Of a DNA stretch of 37,742 bases, positions 35,777-37,742 are shown in pieces; within the stretch, counting starts at the first letter, position 1, and every line of letters starts with the position of its first letter. The notes beneath the pieces were generated by a model. The model saw only the letters and a list, made by a program, of their open reading frames with translations, was not told where the DNA came from and did no database searches. Position numbers and translations under genes: made by a program. Source of the DNA: Verrucomicrobiota bacterium (GTDB lineage Bacteria > Verrucomicrobiota > Verrucomicrobiia > Limisphaerales > CANJXF01); contig JBBQRQ010000048.1 of the NCBI GenBank assembly GCA_038214755.1, forward strand, positions 1-37,742. Direction: 5' to 3'.

Positions 35777-36427
35777 TCAACGTTTCCGGGTATAACTAAT
35801 TTCCATCGTTTTCACATCTTTGCCTCCGCGATCTTCATAGAACTCAAAGATGTGATGGTCCTTGTCGGTGATTTTGATAACCTCGCGAATCTTCGTCTTC
35901 ATCCCCGGCATCGCCTCGTATTCCGCGTGATAGGTAAATGTCTTCGTCGCGGGATCGTAGGTGCCTTCCGAGTTCATGATGCCGGTGCCCATGTTATCAA
36001 TCCATGACGAGACAAATTTCTTTTTGACGTTGTCATAACCCTCGGTGGAGATGCCCTTGAATTCCATGTCCATCATCTTGCCGTCCGGGCCGGGGATTTG
36101 CATCTGGCCGGTGTGCTCGCTGATAAAGTAGCGGCCATCCAACACTTTTTTGGTAACGGCGGTGCCGGAGGATTCTCCGGGAGGAGCGGTCGGGTCGGGG
36201 TTCATCCACATCTTCACGGTGTAAGTCCAGGTGCCGACACCGCCCGCCAGAAGTTTATGATTCTCTCCTGGCTTCGCCAGTTCCATCATCATCGCCATCA
36301 TCTCGGATTCGCTTGGCTGCTGGCCGTCCTTCTTGGAGGCCTTCTTGTCTTCCGCCAGTGACGGCAGGCAGATCGCGACAGAGACCGCGACCACCGTGAA
36401 ACATTTGAGATATTTGTGTTTATTCAT
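35777..36427 (-). CDS. DUF1579 domain secreted protein
   Basis: Signal peptide; PGENHKLL...GTW, GYDNVKKKFVSSWIDNMGTG and MEISYTR. Confidence 0.88.
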   Translation of the reverse strand: MNKHKYLKCFTVVAVSVAICLPSLAEDKKASKKDGQQPSESEMMAMMMELAKPGENHKLLAGGVGTWTYTVKMWMNPDPTAPPGESSGTAVTKKVLDGRYFISEHTGQMQIPGPDGKMMDMEFKGISTEGYDNVKKKFVSSWIDNMGTGIMNSEGTYDPATKTFTYHAEYEAMPGMKTKIREVIKITDKDHHIFEFYEDRGGKDVKTMEISYTRKR

Positions 36428-36678
36428 ACGAAGGTTCCTACATCGGTTTAGTTTGGTTATTCGGTTTTCCGACGCTTCATCCGCCCGCACACGCGGCCAG
36501 AGCGACGGGAAAATCACGTTGTCTGCGGATACACCCACTCGCTCCGCGGCGGCAAGCATAAAATTCAGCGGAGCAAAAAAGAGCGCATCTCGCTACTCAG
36601 TCCTCTCTGTCCTACAATGTCGAAGGATCGCGCATTTGCGATAAGATATTTCCCCTGCTGTTTGGGACGAATGATTTT

Positions 36679-36763
36679 AACGCAGAGGACGCGGAGGTTC
36701 ACGCAAAGGACGCGAAGGTCATCCTCTGCGCGCCTCTGCGAACACCTTTGCGACCTCTGCGTT
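36679..36763. repeat. Inverted 9-mer-type array (ACGCAGAGG / CCTCTGCG)
   Basis: AACGCAGAGGACGCGGAGG...CCTTTGCGACCTCTGCGTT. Confidence 0.85.
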
Positions 36764-36873
36764 TAGATCCGATGGTCATTGGGTTGCGGCTCCGCCGCGC
36801 TGGGTTTTGGTGTTTAATTCAAGATGCGCCAAAAAAAGGAGGGCGCGTCTTCATTCGCCCGACCGCAGTTTGG

Positions 36874-37353
36874 TCAGGCTGCCGGTTTTTCTTTTTCCCA
36901 CTCCGCCATCGCCTTGGCGCACTCCTCTGGCGTCACATCTTTGGTATGAGTCGCCACGCCCCACAGATGGCCGAACGGATCGAGGAACTTGCCGTAACGG
37001 TCGCCCCAGAACATGTCCATCACCGGCATAACGATCTTCGCGCCCTTGGCTTGGGCTTTCTTGATGACAGCATCCACGTCTTCCACATAAATCATGACGC
37101 TTGACGAAGGCATTTGGCCGTCCATTTTTGGCGCGAAGGCGCCCATCTCGGGACTCTCATCCCCCAACATCATTACGTGATTGCGAATCTTGATTTCCGC
37201 ATGGGCGATCCTGGAACTGTCGGGACAATTCATCCGCATCACTTCCGTCGCGCCGAATACTTCTTTGTAGAACTCGATGGCCTTGGCAGCATCACGCACG
37301 ATCTTGGAAGGAATCAATGCGTCGTGACCCTCGGGAATAGCTTTGGTGTTCAT
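36874..37353 (-). CDS. VOC/glyoxalase (PhnB-like) protein
   Basis: AIEFYKEVFGA, HAEIKI, YVEDVD and FWGDRYGKFLDPFGHLW motifs. Confidence 0.92.
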   Translation of the reverse strand: MNTKAIPEGHDALIPSKIVRDAAKAIEFYKEVFGATEVMRMNCPDSSRIAHAEIKIRNHVMMLGDESPEMGAFAPKMDGQMPSSSVMIYVEDVDAVIKKAQAKGAKIVMPVMDMFWGDRYGKFLDPFGHLWGVATHTKDVTPEECAKAMAEWEKEKPAA

Positions 37354-37494
37354 AGGTGCTCATTGAAAGAACTTCCGTCTGGCACCGTCAATTCCAATTT
37401 TTGCAATAATCCGCACCGCCTTTTGAGGTTGGGATCATAAGAGCGGAGGGCAACCCCTCATGACAATCTTGTCAAAGCGATTTCAAATCAGGAT

Positions 37495-37742
37495 CGGAAC
37501 AGCCCCGGTACATCGTGACCCCTCTCAGGCGGTTTACCGGCTGAGGAAAATTCAATGTATCTCTCAGAAAACATGGAACCGTTTGCGCTGTTGGCTGCGC
37601 CGATCCCGGCCCCTGGGCCGCCCAGGGGGGAAGGGCGGCTCAGGGGCCGGGGCGCGAAAAATCGCCACGAAAAATTAAAGTAATGGACAGCGGCGTCTCA
37701 CTTCAGGTGAAACAGGGGTATGATAACCAACGCCCTTGCTCC
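37495..37742 (+). mobile_element. Right copy of the ~250-bp structured repeat, truncated by the window end
   Basis: Inverted homolog of 31-279; contains the start of the same ORF (ATG 37720). Confidence 0.7.

Noticed and set aside
1..37742. Linear plasmid or phage with terminal inverted repeats
   Set aside because: Content is chromosomal housekeeping, the two copies are not identical and both run off the edges, consistent with assembly breaks at a multicopy element.

Overview
Chromosomal segment that looks like a Verrucomicrobiota/PVC-type bacterium (inferred from gene content). Core and other genes: pgk-tpiA-secG, HrpB helicase, an ECF sigma/anti-sigma/RDD locus, a Phd-RelE toxin-antitoxin pair, PabB, a DUF1549/DUF1553 cytochrome-c protein, rex-recG, guaA, hisG, a carbamoyltransferase-SxtJ-SxtK-like trio and a VOC/DUF1579/YdeI/DUF1801 cluster. 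Two non-gene patterns stand out. (1) About 30 short non-autonomous palindromic elements of three kinds occur: GTAG/GGAG-footed REP-like doublets, inverted 7-mer tandem arrays and inverted 9-mer arrays. They nest inside one another, and about ten sit in-frame inside intact conserved genes (hrpB x4, recG x2, pabB x2, cytochrome protein x2, plus the N-terminus of a TPR lipoprotein). (2) The two ends of the window carry diverged inverted copies of a ~250-bp hairpin-rich sequence that leads into an ORF running off the edge. The left copy appears to truncate a lipoprotein gene. No transposase, CRISPR array, rRNA or tRNA was recognised.
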